Origin: a virus
Lineage: Duplodnaviria > Caudoviricetes
Strand: one strand, 5' to 3'
Virus record (IMG/VR): IMGVR_UViG_3300032227_000508
Coordinates: 926 to 64,925 of that record
DNA length: 64,000 bases
Both the position numbers and the translations under genes were made by a program. Below, in pieces: positions 35,711 through 46,021 of the stretch (positions within the stretch are counted from its first letter, which is position 1; each line of letters opens with the position of its first letter). The notes beneath the pieces are model-generated. The model was not told the origin of the DNA, did no database searches, and saw only the letters and a list, made by a program, of their open reading frames with translations.

Positions 35711-36181
35711 TTATTTAAGTGTTATGCGGATGGATGTTGAGCTTGTTTTTGACGCAGGGAAATATTCTGATACTTCTCCTGTTTGGTCATCTACAATAGA
35801 TGTCTTAGACTTACAGCCTTTTATAAAAGCTTCAATTTCTTTTAGCTTAGATGCTTCTTCTTCGACTTTTTTCTTTTGTGTTACCCAAGCAGATGTTGCC
35901 GAAAAATCATACTTGACTCCCGATTCAACTTCTTTAAGTACAGAATCATACATTTCTGCTTCATTCCCATCGTGAGATTTAAGTTCAGTCATTGCATAAT
36001 CTTTCAATCCTTTTTCAATTTCTTCAAGTAAGAAAGAATATTTCCTACATAAAATCAAATCCTTTAATGGCTCTCCTCCATTAAATGCTAACTCTTCTAA
36101 ATAAGAATTAACCATCCCAACCATCTCTGACTTATTTGCAGAGAAGATTGGGGATTGTCTTAATTGAACTATTTCCGACAT
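35711..36181 (-). CDS. Hypothetical protein
   Basis: Start re-assigned to MSEIVQ immediately after the upstream stop. Confidence 0.65.
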   Translation of the reverse strand: MSEIVQLRQSPIFSANKSEMVGMVNSYLEELAFNGGEPLKDLILCRKYSFLLEEIEKGLKDYAMTELKSHDGNEAEMYDSVLKEVESGVKYDFSATSAWVTQKKKVEEEASKLKEIEAFIKGCKSKTSIVDDQTGEVSEYFPASKTSSTSIRITLK

Positions 36182-36182
36182 A

Positions 36183-36893
36183 TTAAAAAGGTAATGGATT
36201 ATCTTCTGTTTCAAATACTGGTTCTTCAAATGTGCGAACCGATAATGGCTCTTGTGATGGGGTATCGTGTTGTTGAGTATCTGTATTACCTTGTGCCTTG
36301 CGGGCTACAAAGTATGCTTGTAACTCATCAAATAAGATATCCCCTTGCTTGCCATCAGCATCAGAGATTTCTTTTCCTAATGTAAACACAGGAACTGAAT
36401 AATTAACTGCTCCTTTCTTAGCATCTAATGCAGAAGGAATTACAATTTCATTTTTTAAGAACTTTTTGAAATTGTCTTTTGTGAAATTAGACCAATGTTG
36501 AAGCACAGCACCTTTCATTTCAATGTTGATAATCTCTCCCTCAAGCATAGCATATACACTTGCATTGTAGTGACCACCTTCTTCAGTAACCTTTAATTTA
36601 ATGTCTTGATAAAGTCCACTAATAATCTCTCCTCCTTTGAATGAACGAACAAATAATGGTTCAGTCTTAGTAGACTTAATTTCGTTAGAATAGATAGAAG
36701 ATTGCGATTTATCGCTGAAGCCCTTGATGCTAGAATATGAATCAAAGTAAATTAATGTTAAAGGTAATTTAACATCTCTATCAGTTTTCAAATTCTTATC
36801 ATAGAATGTGAAACATTTTTTGTTAGAAGACCACTTAATGTACTTCTTAACAGGGGATTCGGCTTTAGCCGAGTACGCATCTGATCGTGCCAT
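36183..36893 (-). CDS. Putative single-stranded DNA-binding protein
   Basis: Beta-rich aromatic body with acidic C-tail ending ETEDNPLPF, typical of SSB partner-binding tails. Confidence 0.55.
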   Translation of the reverse strand: MARSDAYSAKAESPVKKYIKWSSNKKCFTFYDKNLKTDRDVKLPLTLIYFDSYSSIKGFSDKSQSSIYSNEIKSTKTEPLFVRSFKGGEIISGLYQDIKLKVTEEGGHYNASVYAMLEGEIINIEMKGAVLQHWSNFTKDNFKKFLKNEIVIPSALDAKKGAVNYSVPVFTLGKEISDADGKQGDILFDELQAYFVARKAQGNTDTQQHDTPSQEPLSVRTFEEPVFETEDNPLPF

Positions 36894-36916
36894 AATTTTT
36901 GTTTGGTTTTAAATTA

Positions 36917-37096
36917 TTAATAACTGTACTCTTGATTTGGTTTTTCAAATTGACTTAAAAAAGCTATTCTTGAAGATAATCTTGATAATCTACGCTGAAC
37001 AGGCATTTTAAATCTACCATTATTTTTTAAACTTTTAGGGTTTTGTGCGATAGCCTCTGCCTTGCAGAGCACATCGGTGTAGGTTTGTTTTTTCAT
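36917..37096 (-). CDS. 59-aa basic hypothetical protein (not in ORF track)
   Basis: MKKQTYTDVLCKAEAIAQNPKSLKNNGRFKMPVQRRLSRLSSRIAFLSQFEKPNQEYSY, directly after a promoter. Confidence 0.5.
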   Translation of the reverse strand: MKKQTYTDVLCKAEAIAQNPKSLKNNGRFKMPVQRRLSRLSSRIAFLSQFEKPNQEYSY

Positions 37097-37115
37097 ACAA
37101 TGTATTATTGTTACA

Positions 37116-37128
37116 CAAATTTAATACA
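37116..37128 (-). promoter_or_regulatory. Promoter GTATTAAATTTG (-7 element TAAATTTG)
   Basis: TAnnTTTG on - strand with the extended GTAT shared by other - strand promoters. Confidence 0.6.
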
Positions 37129-37160
37129 AAAATTTTATAATACAAAATGTTTAGTTAAAT

Positions 37161-37189
37161 AAAAATACCCCGCAAAGCAGGGCATTTTT
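37161..37189 (-). terminator. Intrinsic terminator
   Basis: - strand ATGCCCTGC-TTT-GCGGGGTAT followed by T-tract. Confidence 0.7.
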
Positions 37190-37220
37190 GATCCTTTTAA
37201 CACAATTATGAAAAACTACT

Positions 37221-37715
37221 CTAATGATGCCAAGCCCGCTTGATTTTATTATCTTCGAGGTCGGTGTAAGTTTCGTTTGGTTTTGGTACAGCTCTATATA
37301 CAACTCTTGTGCCATCAGTTGCAGTCAGTACTGAAGCTGACTTTTCGTACCTTCTTGTCAGAGTACAAGCTGACTTTAATTCATCTTCTGTGTATCCTTT
37401 TTTCTCTTCTTCTAATTTATCGTGAATCATCGCTTGAGTTTTAAATGCTCTTAACTCTTCCTCCATTGCAAGCATATCTTTTCTTAAACGCTTTAAGTAC
37501 AATGCCATATCTAAGCATTCCTCGTAAGCGTGCTGGACCCAATCAGATGCAATCAAATCTTCTCTATCCATTGTAGTATTGTACTTATTCAATCCTACTT
37601 CAGCCCTAGCCGCCATATCCTTGATAGTATCAAATACTATGCTGTCGGTAAATGTTGTGATGTTTTCGCTATTCAATTCCATATTCTTTAAGTATATCTG
37701 ATATTCTTCCTGCAC
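37221..37715 (-). CDS. MazG-like/nucleotide pyrophosphohydrolase-fold protein
   Basis: RAEVGLNKYNTTM...WVQHAYEECLDMALYL helical acidic motif. Confidence 0.55.
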   Translation of the reverse strand: MQEEYQIYLKNMELNSENITTFTDSIVFDTIKDMAARAEVGLNKYNTTMDREDLIASDWVQHAYEECLDMALYLKRLRKDMLAMEEELRAFKTQAMIHDKLEEEKKGYTEDELKSACTLTRRYEKSASVLTATDGTRVVYRAVPKPNETYTDLEDNKIKRAWHH

Positions 37716-38022
37716 ACTCTATTTTTTTATCATACTCTATCCTTTCAAGTTTCAATGCTACATCAAATAAATAATCAGATTGAATAGATGCGTTAACAAA
37801 TTGGTCTAATACATCTCCTTGAGCCTCGCCTCCGTTAGCCTTCATCATAACATCAACTTGAGTTTCAAGTTCTCCTACAAGAAGGTTCGTATATTGCTTA
37901 ACTTTTTGGTAATGAAATTGTGATGGTACAACTTTCTCATCAATAAAATCTCTCAACGATTGGCATTTAGCATAATAGCATACCATATTACGAATTTCGT
38001 TGTCTGTAAGTAATCTTCTCAT
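37669..38022 (-). CDS. Hypothetical protein
   Basis: Follows promoter 38040 and AACCAAACA leader. Confidence 0.65.
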   Translation of the reverse strand: MRRLLTDNEIRNMVCYYAKCQSLRDFIDEKVVPSQFHYQKVKQYTNLLVGELETQVDVMMKANGGEAQGDVLDQFVNASIQSDYLFDVALKLERIEYDKKIECAGRISDILKEYGIE

Positions 38023-38039
38023 TTTGTGTTTGGTTTTTA

Positions 38040-38052
38040 CAAATATAATACA
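38040..38052 (-). promoter_or_regulatory. Promoter TGTATTATATTTG
   Basis: Exact TAnnTTTG plus extension identical to the 45988 promoter. Confidence 0.7.
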
Positions 38053-38078
38053 AAATATTTAATTTAAGAACATAAGTT

Positions 38079-39191
38079 TTATTTACCCTCAAGGAATCTT
38101 TTAAATTCTCTCATTCTTCTATATGAAGCTTGCTTTTCTCTACCATTACTATTTTCAATTCTTAATATAGTAATAGATACAAAATGTAAATCATCTAAAA
38201 TAGTTTCTGCAGGTTTATATTTAAAAGATTTTGATTCCGTATTATTCAGAAGATAGTTTTTCCCCCAATCAACGGCAATTTTATAATAATCTATTTTCTT
38301 TTCTTCCATAATTCAACTGCGTAAATATAATATCCATTAAAATAAATATGCTTTACGCTATTTGTTGCCAATTCATATGGAACATATTTATAATATTTTT
38401 CCGCACGAATGACGTACCCAAATAATATTATCTCATACCCTTTTATGTTTTTATACTGATAATGACGAAACATTTTTGATGATATTTTTAACTTTTAGAT
38501 AATCTAATTCGCATATAAAAACAATCCCCCCAGAATGAATCTCTGTATATTCTTTAGAAGAATCATAAGGATCCGGTACTGGAGATATTACATCTATTTT
38601 ATAAAATGTAGTTAGTGCTAAATCGCAAGAGTTTAATTCGTACCCTATCGATAATTCATTTAGTGTCGATGTAGTATTGTTTTGAACAAAACATCTTAGG
38701 TCTAATCCTTCTTTGAATGTCATTGAATATTAAGATTAATTTTATCTTTTAGTAAATCAAACTCTTTCGGATATATTTTTTTCCAATCATTATACATTAG
38801 ATTAGATTCTATCCTATCTGTATTACTACCTAGTAATTTATAATGATAGTTATTTTCTTCGAAAAATTCAACTTTTAAGTTGTTGTAATCTACTCGTGCT
38901 ACATTTTTACCTTTTCGGTAATGCATTAATTTAATTTTCTTCATTTGATTTATATTGTCTTATTATTTTGAATATTTCCCTTATGTCAGTAAGGCTCATC
39001 TCTTGGTCTATCTTAATTGGGAAAAATGCAATTGTAAACCCGTGCTCGCCATAGAACCTTTCGTTGACTATATTCCCATTTACCTTATATAGGTATATCC
39101 AAGGTATATTACTAAGTAATTCAATCTCTATGCCAATCTTTTTAAGGCGAGATACTAAACGATTTACTATGTTACCTGTCTTGTCCTTCAT
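38079..39191 (-). CDS. Five small overlapping hypothetical ORFs (38079-38309, 38291-38473, 38451-38723, 38720-38944, 38931-39191)
   Basis: Co-oriented, tightly coupled ORFs; no recognisable motifs. Confidence 0.6.
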
Positions 39192-39420
39192 ATTAATTAT
39201 ACCCTATGTCGTTTTAAATAGCCTAAATATTATCTAATATTGCCCAATAGCTATTGTTTTGTAAAATATATTATCTAATCTTGGTAGTATTACTACTTGA
39301 ATCTACCCTAACTTTGTGACACCAAATGTCTGATTTTACCATCACTATGTGACATTTGCCTAATTACTGATGGATTTTCCCAACTTAAAGTTAAAATAAA
39401 TTACTCTTAGTTTTTTCAAT

Positions 39421-40694
39421 TTACATATCCGAAACTAATACCTCCCCCTCATCTATAATCCAATTGTTTATTATCTCTTCAGTAAATGTTGCTCCAACCA
39501 ATAGAGCTTTGAAAGCTTGAAAATATTGATCTAAGTCTACATCCCAGTTGTCAAATTCAATTGACATTGTAGTGTCGTTAGTCGACAGGGTTAACTTTGT
39601 TTTTTTATTTTCCATCATTTTATAAATTGTTTTTGTCCCTGTAAAACTAAAATTTCATTAATTACTTTCATTGTGTCTTTGATTAAATCTTCATTTATAG
39701 AATCATTTAAAAAAATCATTTCCCATTCGTATTTATCGACAAGAATTCTTTTAATTTTTGTTGCAGTTATTTTCATTTGTCTTGTTGTTTATAAGTTTCG
39801 TTGTAATATTGTTGCCCTCCACCATTATTTATATCGTATTTAAAACCTTCGTCAAATGAATCAATTATCTGCTCTTTCTCCATTTGTTTAGCTTGATTCC
39901 ATAATTTTCCTTTTTCAATATCAAATTCTTTAAAAGTTGAAAAATGTCTATCATAATCAAGTTTATACATTTCTTTTTCAAGCCATTCTATTGCCGTTTG
40001 TTTATTTTCCATTAGTATTCTTTGATTATAGTTCTAACTGATTCTGTTTGAAGAAATTCAATTATAAATTCGGCATCTTCCATTTTATCGTAATAATTTC
40101 TCGTGGCAACCCATTCTTCCCTTTTGCCCCAAGGAAAAAGTTTTATTTCTTTTAGCTCTTCAATTGTATATTGTACTTTGTATCCTATTTTACGAAGATA
40201 AGGCAAACAACCTACTTCACAAACTCTTATAATATCTGGCTCTTTAATTTCTATTATTCTGTATTTTTTCATTTGTCTTGTTGTTTACAGATTGAAATAA
40301 GTTTATCTATACAAGCATTCTCTGCTTCTTCGTAAGTTTTAAATGGAACACTACCATGAGCATATTGATTAGCTCCATAGATCTCAAACTCATGATATGT
40401 ACCTATATCTTCTTCATGAAGCCAACTTGATAGATTAGCATACCACTCATACTTCTCCCTAAACCATCTAAATACTTGTCCTTTAGTAGGAGCGTGAAAG
40501 TCTTTATCAGGCATATACAAACCATCTTCATCAAGATAACATAAACACAATTGCTTATTCTCTATCTCATACATACAGAATGTTGGTTCATCAAACCCAA
40601 TACTACACAATTCTAGTGCTTGGGCAAAAGATACAATATCTTTTTCTGGTGCTTCTGTGTTATTCTTTGCCATAAGACTAATTATTATACTCAA
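39421..40694 (-). CDS. Small hypothetical ORFs (39421-39618, 39618-39776, 39773-40012, 40012-40272, 40269-40694)
   Basis: Co-oriented coupled ORFs; 39773-40012 carries the TAIEWL...AKQMEKEQII motif also seen at 43257-43538. Confidence 0.6.
39770..40287. repeat. 22-bp perfect direct repeat at gene junctions (39770-39791 and 40266-40287)
   Basis: TTTTCATTTGTCTTGTTGTTTA twice, 496 bp apart; both upstream genes end KQQDK*. Confidence 0.9.
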
Positions 40695-41328
40695 AATCTA
40701 AAATTTGTCCAACAATATCACTACGATGGTTTTCCTTCAACTTAATCCATTTGATTTCGTCAATCTTCTTAGAGAGATCAATAGCGTAACTAAGCCCATT
40801 ATAGCTATCCTTGATGTCCTTTTGTTCGTTATCTCCGTTAACAATAATCTTACCTGTTTTACCAAGACGTGTTAGAATAGCCAACATCTCAGCCTTTGTT
40901 AGATTTTGTGCCTCTTCTACCACTAAGATATCGTCAATAGTTTTACCTCTAATGAACTGCACAGGATATGCGACAATCTTCTCGTCCTTTACCATTGCTT
41001 GTATCTTAATCTTGTCAGCACACTTAACCAAATTTTCTTGAAATGCTTCTAGGTAAGGGTTAAACTTGTCATCAAGACTTCCCGGAAGGTAACCTAATGA
41101 ATTACCCACCTCAATAGTAGCACGGGTGATAAAGATGTGGTTACATTGTTTCTTGTTTAAGAAGTCTAATGCGGCTAATGCACAGACTAGACTCTTTCCT
41201 GAACCTGCCCTACCTGTGACGATGACAATCTGGTTTTCTATTATTAATTTTCTAGCTTCCTTTTGCTCTTCGTTAAGTACAACAGAATACTTAATTTCAT
41301 TCTTACGCTCTCTATTTGGTTCTTTCAT
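40678..41328 (-). CDS. phoH: PhoH-family ATPase
   Basis: GRAGSGKS Walker A, LGYLPGS, PVQFIRGKT, VEEAQN, ILTRLG, NGDNEQKD motifs. Confidence 0.92.
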   Translation of the reverse strand: MKEPNRERKNEIKYSVVLNEEQKEARKLIIENQIVIVTGRAGSGKSLVCALAALDFLNKKQCNHIFITRATIEVGNSLGYLPGSLDDKFNPYLEAFQENLVKCADKIKIQAMVKDEKIVAYPVQFIRGKTIDDILVVEEAQNLTKAEMLAILTRLGKTGKIIVNGDNEQKDIKDSYNGLSYAIDLSKKIDEIKWIKLKENHRSDIVGQILDFEYNN

Positions 41329-41380
41329 TATTTTGTCAGGTTATAACCTTATTTTTTTTTAAATAAATCAGGCTATAGCC

Positions 41381-41734
41381 TTACTTTAAGATATTTTTTC
41401 TTTTATTTAATTGAATTAATTCAGAGTAGAAGTATATTGTCAATGGAATAATTAAGGATATGACATTCATTGCAACAAACTTCTGAGTGAATCCAAAGGA
41501 GAACCAGTAATATAGTAGGTTGATTGTCCAAGACACACAAGCAAAGAATATAGCTGTATTTCTTTTGCCTATCAGCGTAAAGATTAATATACTCAACTCA
41601 AGGCTGATTGCGAAAATCCAAGAGACGATGTAGTCTAATGTAGTAAGCCTACTAATGGAGTAGAACACCTCAGATGCGTGAGTTATCTGAGTGAGGAGTG
41701 CGAATGTAATTGTGGTGATGATTAACTTTCTCAT
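41381..41734 (-). CDS. Small multi-pass membrane protein
   Basis: About four hydrophobic segments in 117 aa. Confidence 0.65.
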   Translation of the reverse strand: MRKLIITTITFALLTQITHASEVFYSISRLTTLDYIVSWIFAISLELSILIFTLIGKRNTAIFFACVSWTINLLYYWFSFGFTQKFVAMNVISLIIPLTIYFYSELIQLNKRKNILK

Positions 41735-41747
41735 TTGATTTTATTGA

Positions 41748-42490
41748 TTATGCATTTAAATTAAACTTGTCTGCCTTTGCCTCAAACTCATCTGTGCCAA
41801 TATAAGTGAGATGCATCCTTACCTCTTTCCAATACGTTATGTCTTGGTTTAACTCAATGAGAGTTTCCATTATCTCGTATACGCACATTAATGCACATTG
41901 TTTGCTATGGTAATTATTAGGTTCGTTATTAAAATTAAACCTGTCTAGTAGTTGTAACGCTTTGCTTTCTGGTGTCATTGTTTTTTTGTTTGATTAAATT
42001 ATTTTCAAAGGTAATTCGGTATTTCCGAATAACCACTCTATTTAATTATTCTTCGTCATAGTAATCAAATCTTAATAAAAAATTTGAAATAATGGAATCA
42101 TCTGTTACAGCGTGTTCTCCATTAGAAAAAAACTTTTCGTTATCATAAATAACTAATTTAAATCCTTTCATGAATACGATAAAATCTTTTAAAATAATAC
42201 GAGGATCAGATAGCTTATCATTGGTTTTTCCAGCTTCTAAATGCCCATCATTCCATCCTCTATGATAAGCTTCTCTAATTGAAATTTCCGCTTCAGATAC
42301 TATATCTTCAACGGGATCTGTTATTCTTTTCATCTTATTTATATTGTATTAATATAGCCCACTTAAACCAAGCTAAAGTTAATGTACCACGTTTATATTC
42401 TCCCCAAGCATTATAATAAGTAATAGCTGGAATTAATTCAAATACATACTTTTGTCTTTTAAATTCAATTTTTATTTTTTTTCTTTTCAT
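41748..42490 (-). CDS. Three small hypothetical ORFs (41748-41978, 42046-42333, about 42336-42490)
   Basis: Co-oriented ORFs with A/C-rich leaders. Confidence 0.55.
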
Positions 42491-43260
42491 TTTTGTTTGG
42501 TTTTATAATCAAATAATAGTTGAATAATATGTTGGTATTCTTTACACTCAATTACATTATACTTCTCTTGCTCTTCGTGAATATGTACAAGATAGCATCT
42601 GCCAATCTTTAGATTTGTATTCCTTTCTATAATATACTTATACAGGTTTAATTGAATTGAATACCCCTCAAGCTCGCAGTCATGAAGAAAATTAATTGGA
42701 ATCTTCATTCTCTTTTTGTATTTAGAATACTCGGCTATCTCCTTGTTAGTCTTATAATCCCAAATCTGCAACTCTCCGTGCTTTTGATTCCAAAACAATC
42801 CATCAACCATTCCGCCTACTCCAAGCTCTGCGTCCCCAATTACAAGTTCTAATGCAATAGGTATTAATGCTGAATTAGATTCGTTATAGAAATTATGAAA
42901 CATTCTGATACATTCCTCAAGCCTTTCCTTCATCAAACCCCCGCCAAACTTCTCATCATAAATAGTGTAGTCAAGTGGCAACACTTTATTCTGCCAATAG
43001 TTCTCCGCATAGTTATGTAGAAGAGTTCCTTTAGTTCTAGAAAAGTCTCCCTTAAAGTCCCAATCTGCAAGTATTTCCTCTACGGATACACCTTTCTTCT
43101 TGGCTGACTTAACTGACTGCCCTTCAGAATCAAACTTCTCCTTGAATTGTCCTACGAATCCCGTACCTGATATAAGTTCTTGTTCTCTGATGAAATATTT
43201 ATGCTCAGCATCATGAAACTTAACGACATTAAACTTGGCTAACTCTTTGTATATATTCAT
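42487..43260 (-). CDS. PD-(D/E)xK (Cas4/RecB-like) exonuclease
   Basis: GTLLHNYAE, ELVIGD...GMVDGL...IWDYKT, YSIQLNLY. Confidence 0.8.
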   Translation of the reverse strand: MNIYKELAKFNVVKFHDAEHKYFIREQELISGTGFVGQFKEKFDSEGQSVKSAKKKGVSVEEILADWDFKGDFSRTKGTLLHNYAENYWQNKVLPLDYTIYDEKFGGGLMKERLEECIRMFHNFYNESNSALIPIALELVIGDAELGVGGMVDGLFWNQKHGELQIWDYKTNKEIAEYSKYKKRMKIPINFLHDCELEGYSIQLNLYKYIIERNTNLKIGRCYLVHIHEEQEKYNVIECKEYQHIIQLLFDYKTKQK

Positions 43261-43538
43261 TTGATTTTTATTTTGCTTTTAAATGATTTACTATAGTAGT
43301 CTTCTCCGCCATCAAAACCTTTTTGGTAATCCATACGATGTCCAGTCATATACTCAGTCATCCCGTCTGAATTTCCTATACAATAGGCTTCAATAATAAT
43401 TTCCTTCTCCATTTCTTTAGCTTTTTCAAACAAGTTTCGAATATGCGAGTAATATTCTGCTGAAAAATAAAATTTTAAATCTGATAACTCTTTTTCAAGC
43501 CACGCTACAGGGATAGCTCTCTTTTTATAATATGACAT
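43257..43538 (-). CDS. Hypothetical protein, paralogous to 39773-40012
   Basis: VAWLEKEL...AKEMEKEIIIEAY...GEDYY. Confidence 0.6.
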   Translation of the reverse strand: MSYYKKRAIPVAWLEKELSDLKFYFSAEYYSHIRNLFEKAKEMEKEIIIEAYCIGNSDGMTEYMTGHRMDYQKGFDGGEDYYSKSFKSKIKIK

Positions 43539-43549
43539 TGTTTAGATGT

Positions 43550-44977
43550 TTAAAATGGTGCAATACTTTCATTTGAAAAATCATTTGGTATTGTATTTAA
43601 AACAGATTTTTGGAACAACACCTCAGGTTTAGTAAACTGAAAAAGTTCTTCTTCACTATCAGCAACCCGATTAGTTCGGACATCAACAAATCTGTTTACA
43701 TCTCCCACTTCTCCATCTCTGTTCTTTAAAATAATAAACTTTAACGTGTTATCCATTTGAGCAACAGGCTGATTATTAGATTTAGCATCAACATACTTGT
43801 AGTAATCATCACGATACAATCCAATCACAACAATAGCATCTTGTTCAATGTTACCTGAAGACCTCAAGTCTGCCAACATAGGCTGTCTATTACTTCTTGA
43901 TTCTGCCGACCTATTTAATTGGGCTAAACAAATTATTGGAATACCTAGTTTCCTTGATAATTGTTGTACTTTATTAGAAACCTTTGATACTTGGCTTAAA
44001 TCATCTTGCCCCTTAATCTGATTGTCTGTCATTAATTGTAAGTAATCTATAACAATCATTTCAATCTTATTTTTTCTTACTTCAGCAGTCATCATCATTG
44101 ACAAATAATTAATATCCCTATTGTAAGAATCATAAAAATATATCGGGAGTTTTTTTAGTTCCCTTGCATTAGATTTCTTTATTTTTTGAACATCCTCTTG
44201 GCTAATCCTATTTGCCTTTAGGTCTGAATAGTTATAATCAAAAGCCTCTGATGAGATATATCTATAAATCAACGACTCTTTAGGCATCTCTAATGACAAG
44301 TACAATGCTTTCTTGCCCGACTTGGCACATGATTTAGCAAAATCTAATCCAACAATAGTCTTACCCATCGAAGGTCTTGCCGCAATGATTGACATTCCCT
44401 CTTGCCAACCTCCTAAAGCATAATTTAACTTCCTACTTCCTGTGTCAATCCCACTAAATAATTTATCTGACCCAGCAGATAACTCCATCTTCTCAATTAC
44501 TTCATCATAAATTTGGTCTATTCCATAAACCTCTTTTGAAGCAGAAGAATCAACTACATCTACCAACCTATCTTCTATCATTGATGTCATCGTAGACACC
44601 TCTATGCCATCCTCAATGGATGAAACCAAGTTAAGTGCTAAATCGTATATCTTTCTTTTGTTCTCAATCTCCTTTAATTCAAAGGCGACTTGCATACAAT
44701 CAATCGTACGATTAGGTAGGATGCTTAATAGTTTAGAAGAATTAATTCCTAATTCATTTTCCTTTGATTTAAGGACTCTAAATACATCGAAGCGGGAGAA
44801 TGTACTATTTAACATAGATAATTCAACCATCGTTAAGTATGACACCTTATTTAAAGCATCAGTAAATGTTTCAGATGTAATTATTTTATTCACATCTATT
44901 ACAGAATGTGGATGCTCTAACAGATATGAAATCATATCCCCCTCTAACATCACATCAATTACTTTATTGTTTTTCAT
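43550..44977 (-). CDS. dnaB: Replicative DNA helicase
   Basis: IIAARPSMGKT, LSLEM, IVIDYLQLM, LAQLNR, DLRSSGNIEQDA, KNRDG. Confidence 0.95.
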   Translation of the reverse strand: MKNNKVIDVMLEGDMISYLLEHPHSVIDVNKIITSETFTDALNKVSYLTMVELSMLNSTFSRFDVFRVLKSKENELGINSSKLLSILPNRTIDCMQVAFELKEIENKRKIYDLALNLVSSIEDGIEVSTMTSMIEDRLVDVVDSSASKEVYGIDQIYDEVIEKMELSAGSDKLFSGIDTGSRKLNYALGGWQEGMSIIAARPSMGKTIVGLDFAKSCAKSGKKALYLSLEMPKESLIYRYISSEAFDYNYSDLKANRISQEDVQKIKKSNARELKKLPIYFYDSYNRDINYLSMMMTAEVRKNKIEMIVIDYLQLMTDNQIKGQDDLSQVSKVSNKVQQLSRKLGIPIICLAQLNRSAESRSNRQPMLADLRSSGNIEQDAIVVIGLYRDDYYKYVDAKSNNQPVAQMDNTLKFIILKNRDGEVGDVNRFVDVRTNRVADSEEELFQFTKPEVLFQKSVLNTIPNDFSNESIAPF

Positions 44978-44979
44978 AT

Positions 44980-45687
44980 TTAATATTTATCAGGAATTGC
45001 TATTTCGTAATTTGTGAAACCGGAAGATGCCATTTTTTCTTTTTCTTTATCTTCTAGTGTTATTGGTATTTCATCTTCCCACACCCGATGCATTAAATAT
45101 CTTTCGGGATCTTTTCTAAAGGTGGGATCCGGTCTTAAAGTTTTGTATTTAGGGATTGCTAATAAGACTAAATCTTTTTCAGATTCCTTTAGCTTTATCC
45201 ATTTAGATTTAGCTTTCTCTTTGCCAACCTTTTTCCCATATAACTCCCAAAATTCTTCAAACCTTTCGGTTATAATATTTACTTTATTATTCTCTTTATT
45301 ATTAACTTTATTATTATGGTGATACCCCGCTATCACCCCCCCTGCTACCCCGCTATCACCCCCCTGATACCCCGCTATCACCCCCCCCTCTTCTAAATCA
45401 TCCTTCATTAGCTTTAAATCAGCTAAACGTATCGTTCTGCTACCAATTTCGATATCATTTTTTGAGACATTTTCTCTAGTAATAATCTTCTTACTTTCTA
45501 ACTGCTTAATCAAGGTTCTGACATAAGCATTTGATACTCCCAATGTCTCTGAAATGTATTGATTAGATGCAAAGCAATAACCTGTTTTATTAGACAAACT
45601 AATAAAGACTCCAATCAATAATTTTTCGCTTGAAGACAATTCCTTATTCGATAGTATCTCGCTAGGAACGACTGCGTACCACCTCAT
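44980..45687 (-). CDS. Phage replication initiator (lambda O-like: N-terminal HTH, iteron-encoded linker, C-terminal FEEFW domain)
   Basis: YAVVPSEIL...EKLLIG...GYCFASNQY; linker GGVIAGYQGGDSGVAGGVIAGYH then NNK-rich; FEEFWELYGKKVGKEKA...ERYL; adjacent to dnaB. Confidence 0.85.
   Translation of the reverse strand: MRWYAVVPSEILSNKELSSSEKLLIGVFISLSNKTGYCFASNQYISETLGVSNAYVRTLIKQLESKKIITRENVSKNDIEIGSRTIRLADLKLMKDDLEEGGVIAGYQGGDSGVAGGVIAGYHHNNKVNNKENNKVNIITERFEEFWELYGKKVGKEKAKSKWIKLKESEKDLVLLAIPKYKTLRPDPTFRKDPERYLMHRVWEDEIPITLEDKEKEKMASSGFTNYEIAIPDKY
45318..45388 (-). promoter_or_regulatory. Origin iterons inside initiator gene: 3 x TGATAGCGGGGTA(T/G)CA separated by G6-G7, followed by AT-rich tract
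   Basis: 16-mers at 45320-35, 45343-58, 45365-80; AT-rich DNA follows on the - strand; same layout as the lambda ori within O. Confidence 0.85.
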
Positions 45688-45882
45688 TTATACTTCCTTT
45701 AATTTGGTTTCTAAAAACTTTATTTCTGAAATTAATCCTTCGATTATGGATAATATTTTATCAAAACATTCCATTTCTGGCATTGCATATTGCATCACAA
45801 ACTCATATTCATTAAGTTCTATTTGATAGTTAATCAACTTCAACCTAACTACTGCTAAATGACACTCTAATTCTAAATCCAT
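45688..45882 (-). CDS. Small acidic hypothetical protein, first gene of replication operon
   Basis: 64 aa, abuts initiator start. Confidence 0.6.
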   Translation of the reverse strand: MDLELECHLAVVRLKLINYQIELNEYEFVMQYAMPEMECFDKILSIIEGLISEIKFLETKLKEV

Positions 45883-45887
45883 TGTCG

Positions 45888-45974
45888 AAAAAAAACCCCA
45901 AGACCTTCGAGGGAAAGAATCTTGGGGATAGGACTTTATCCTATTGTTTATTATCTAATCCCTCAATCAGATAA
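45888..45974 (-). ncRNA. Structured leader RNA (three hairpins ending in an intrinsic terminator): attenuator or sRNA candidate
   Basis: Hairpins at 45951-74, 45928-44 and 45896-927 plus U8; lies between promoter 45988 and ATG 45882. Confidence 0.55.
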
Positions 45975-45987
45975 CTAACACAACACG

Positions 45988-46000
45988 CAAATATAATACA
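45988..46000 (-). promoter_or_regulatory. Promoter TGTATTATATTTG
   Basis: Identical 13-mer to the 38040 promoter. Confidence 0.7.
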
Positions 46001-46021
46001 ATTTATTTATTCTTAAACATA

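Noticed and set aside
39192-39420. 230-bp gap as ncRNA or hidden gene
   Set aside because: No ORF over about 25 codons and no convincing stem or promoter; possibly a decayed gene.
45320-45380. Lambda CI/Cro operators (TATCACC half-site resemblance)
   Set aside because: Location inside an initiator gene next to an AT-rich tract fits iterons; the similarity is probably generic HTH recognition.
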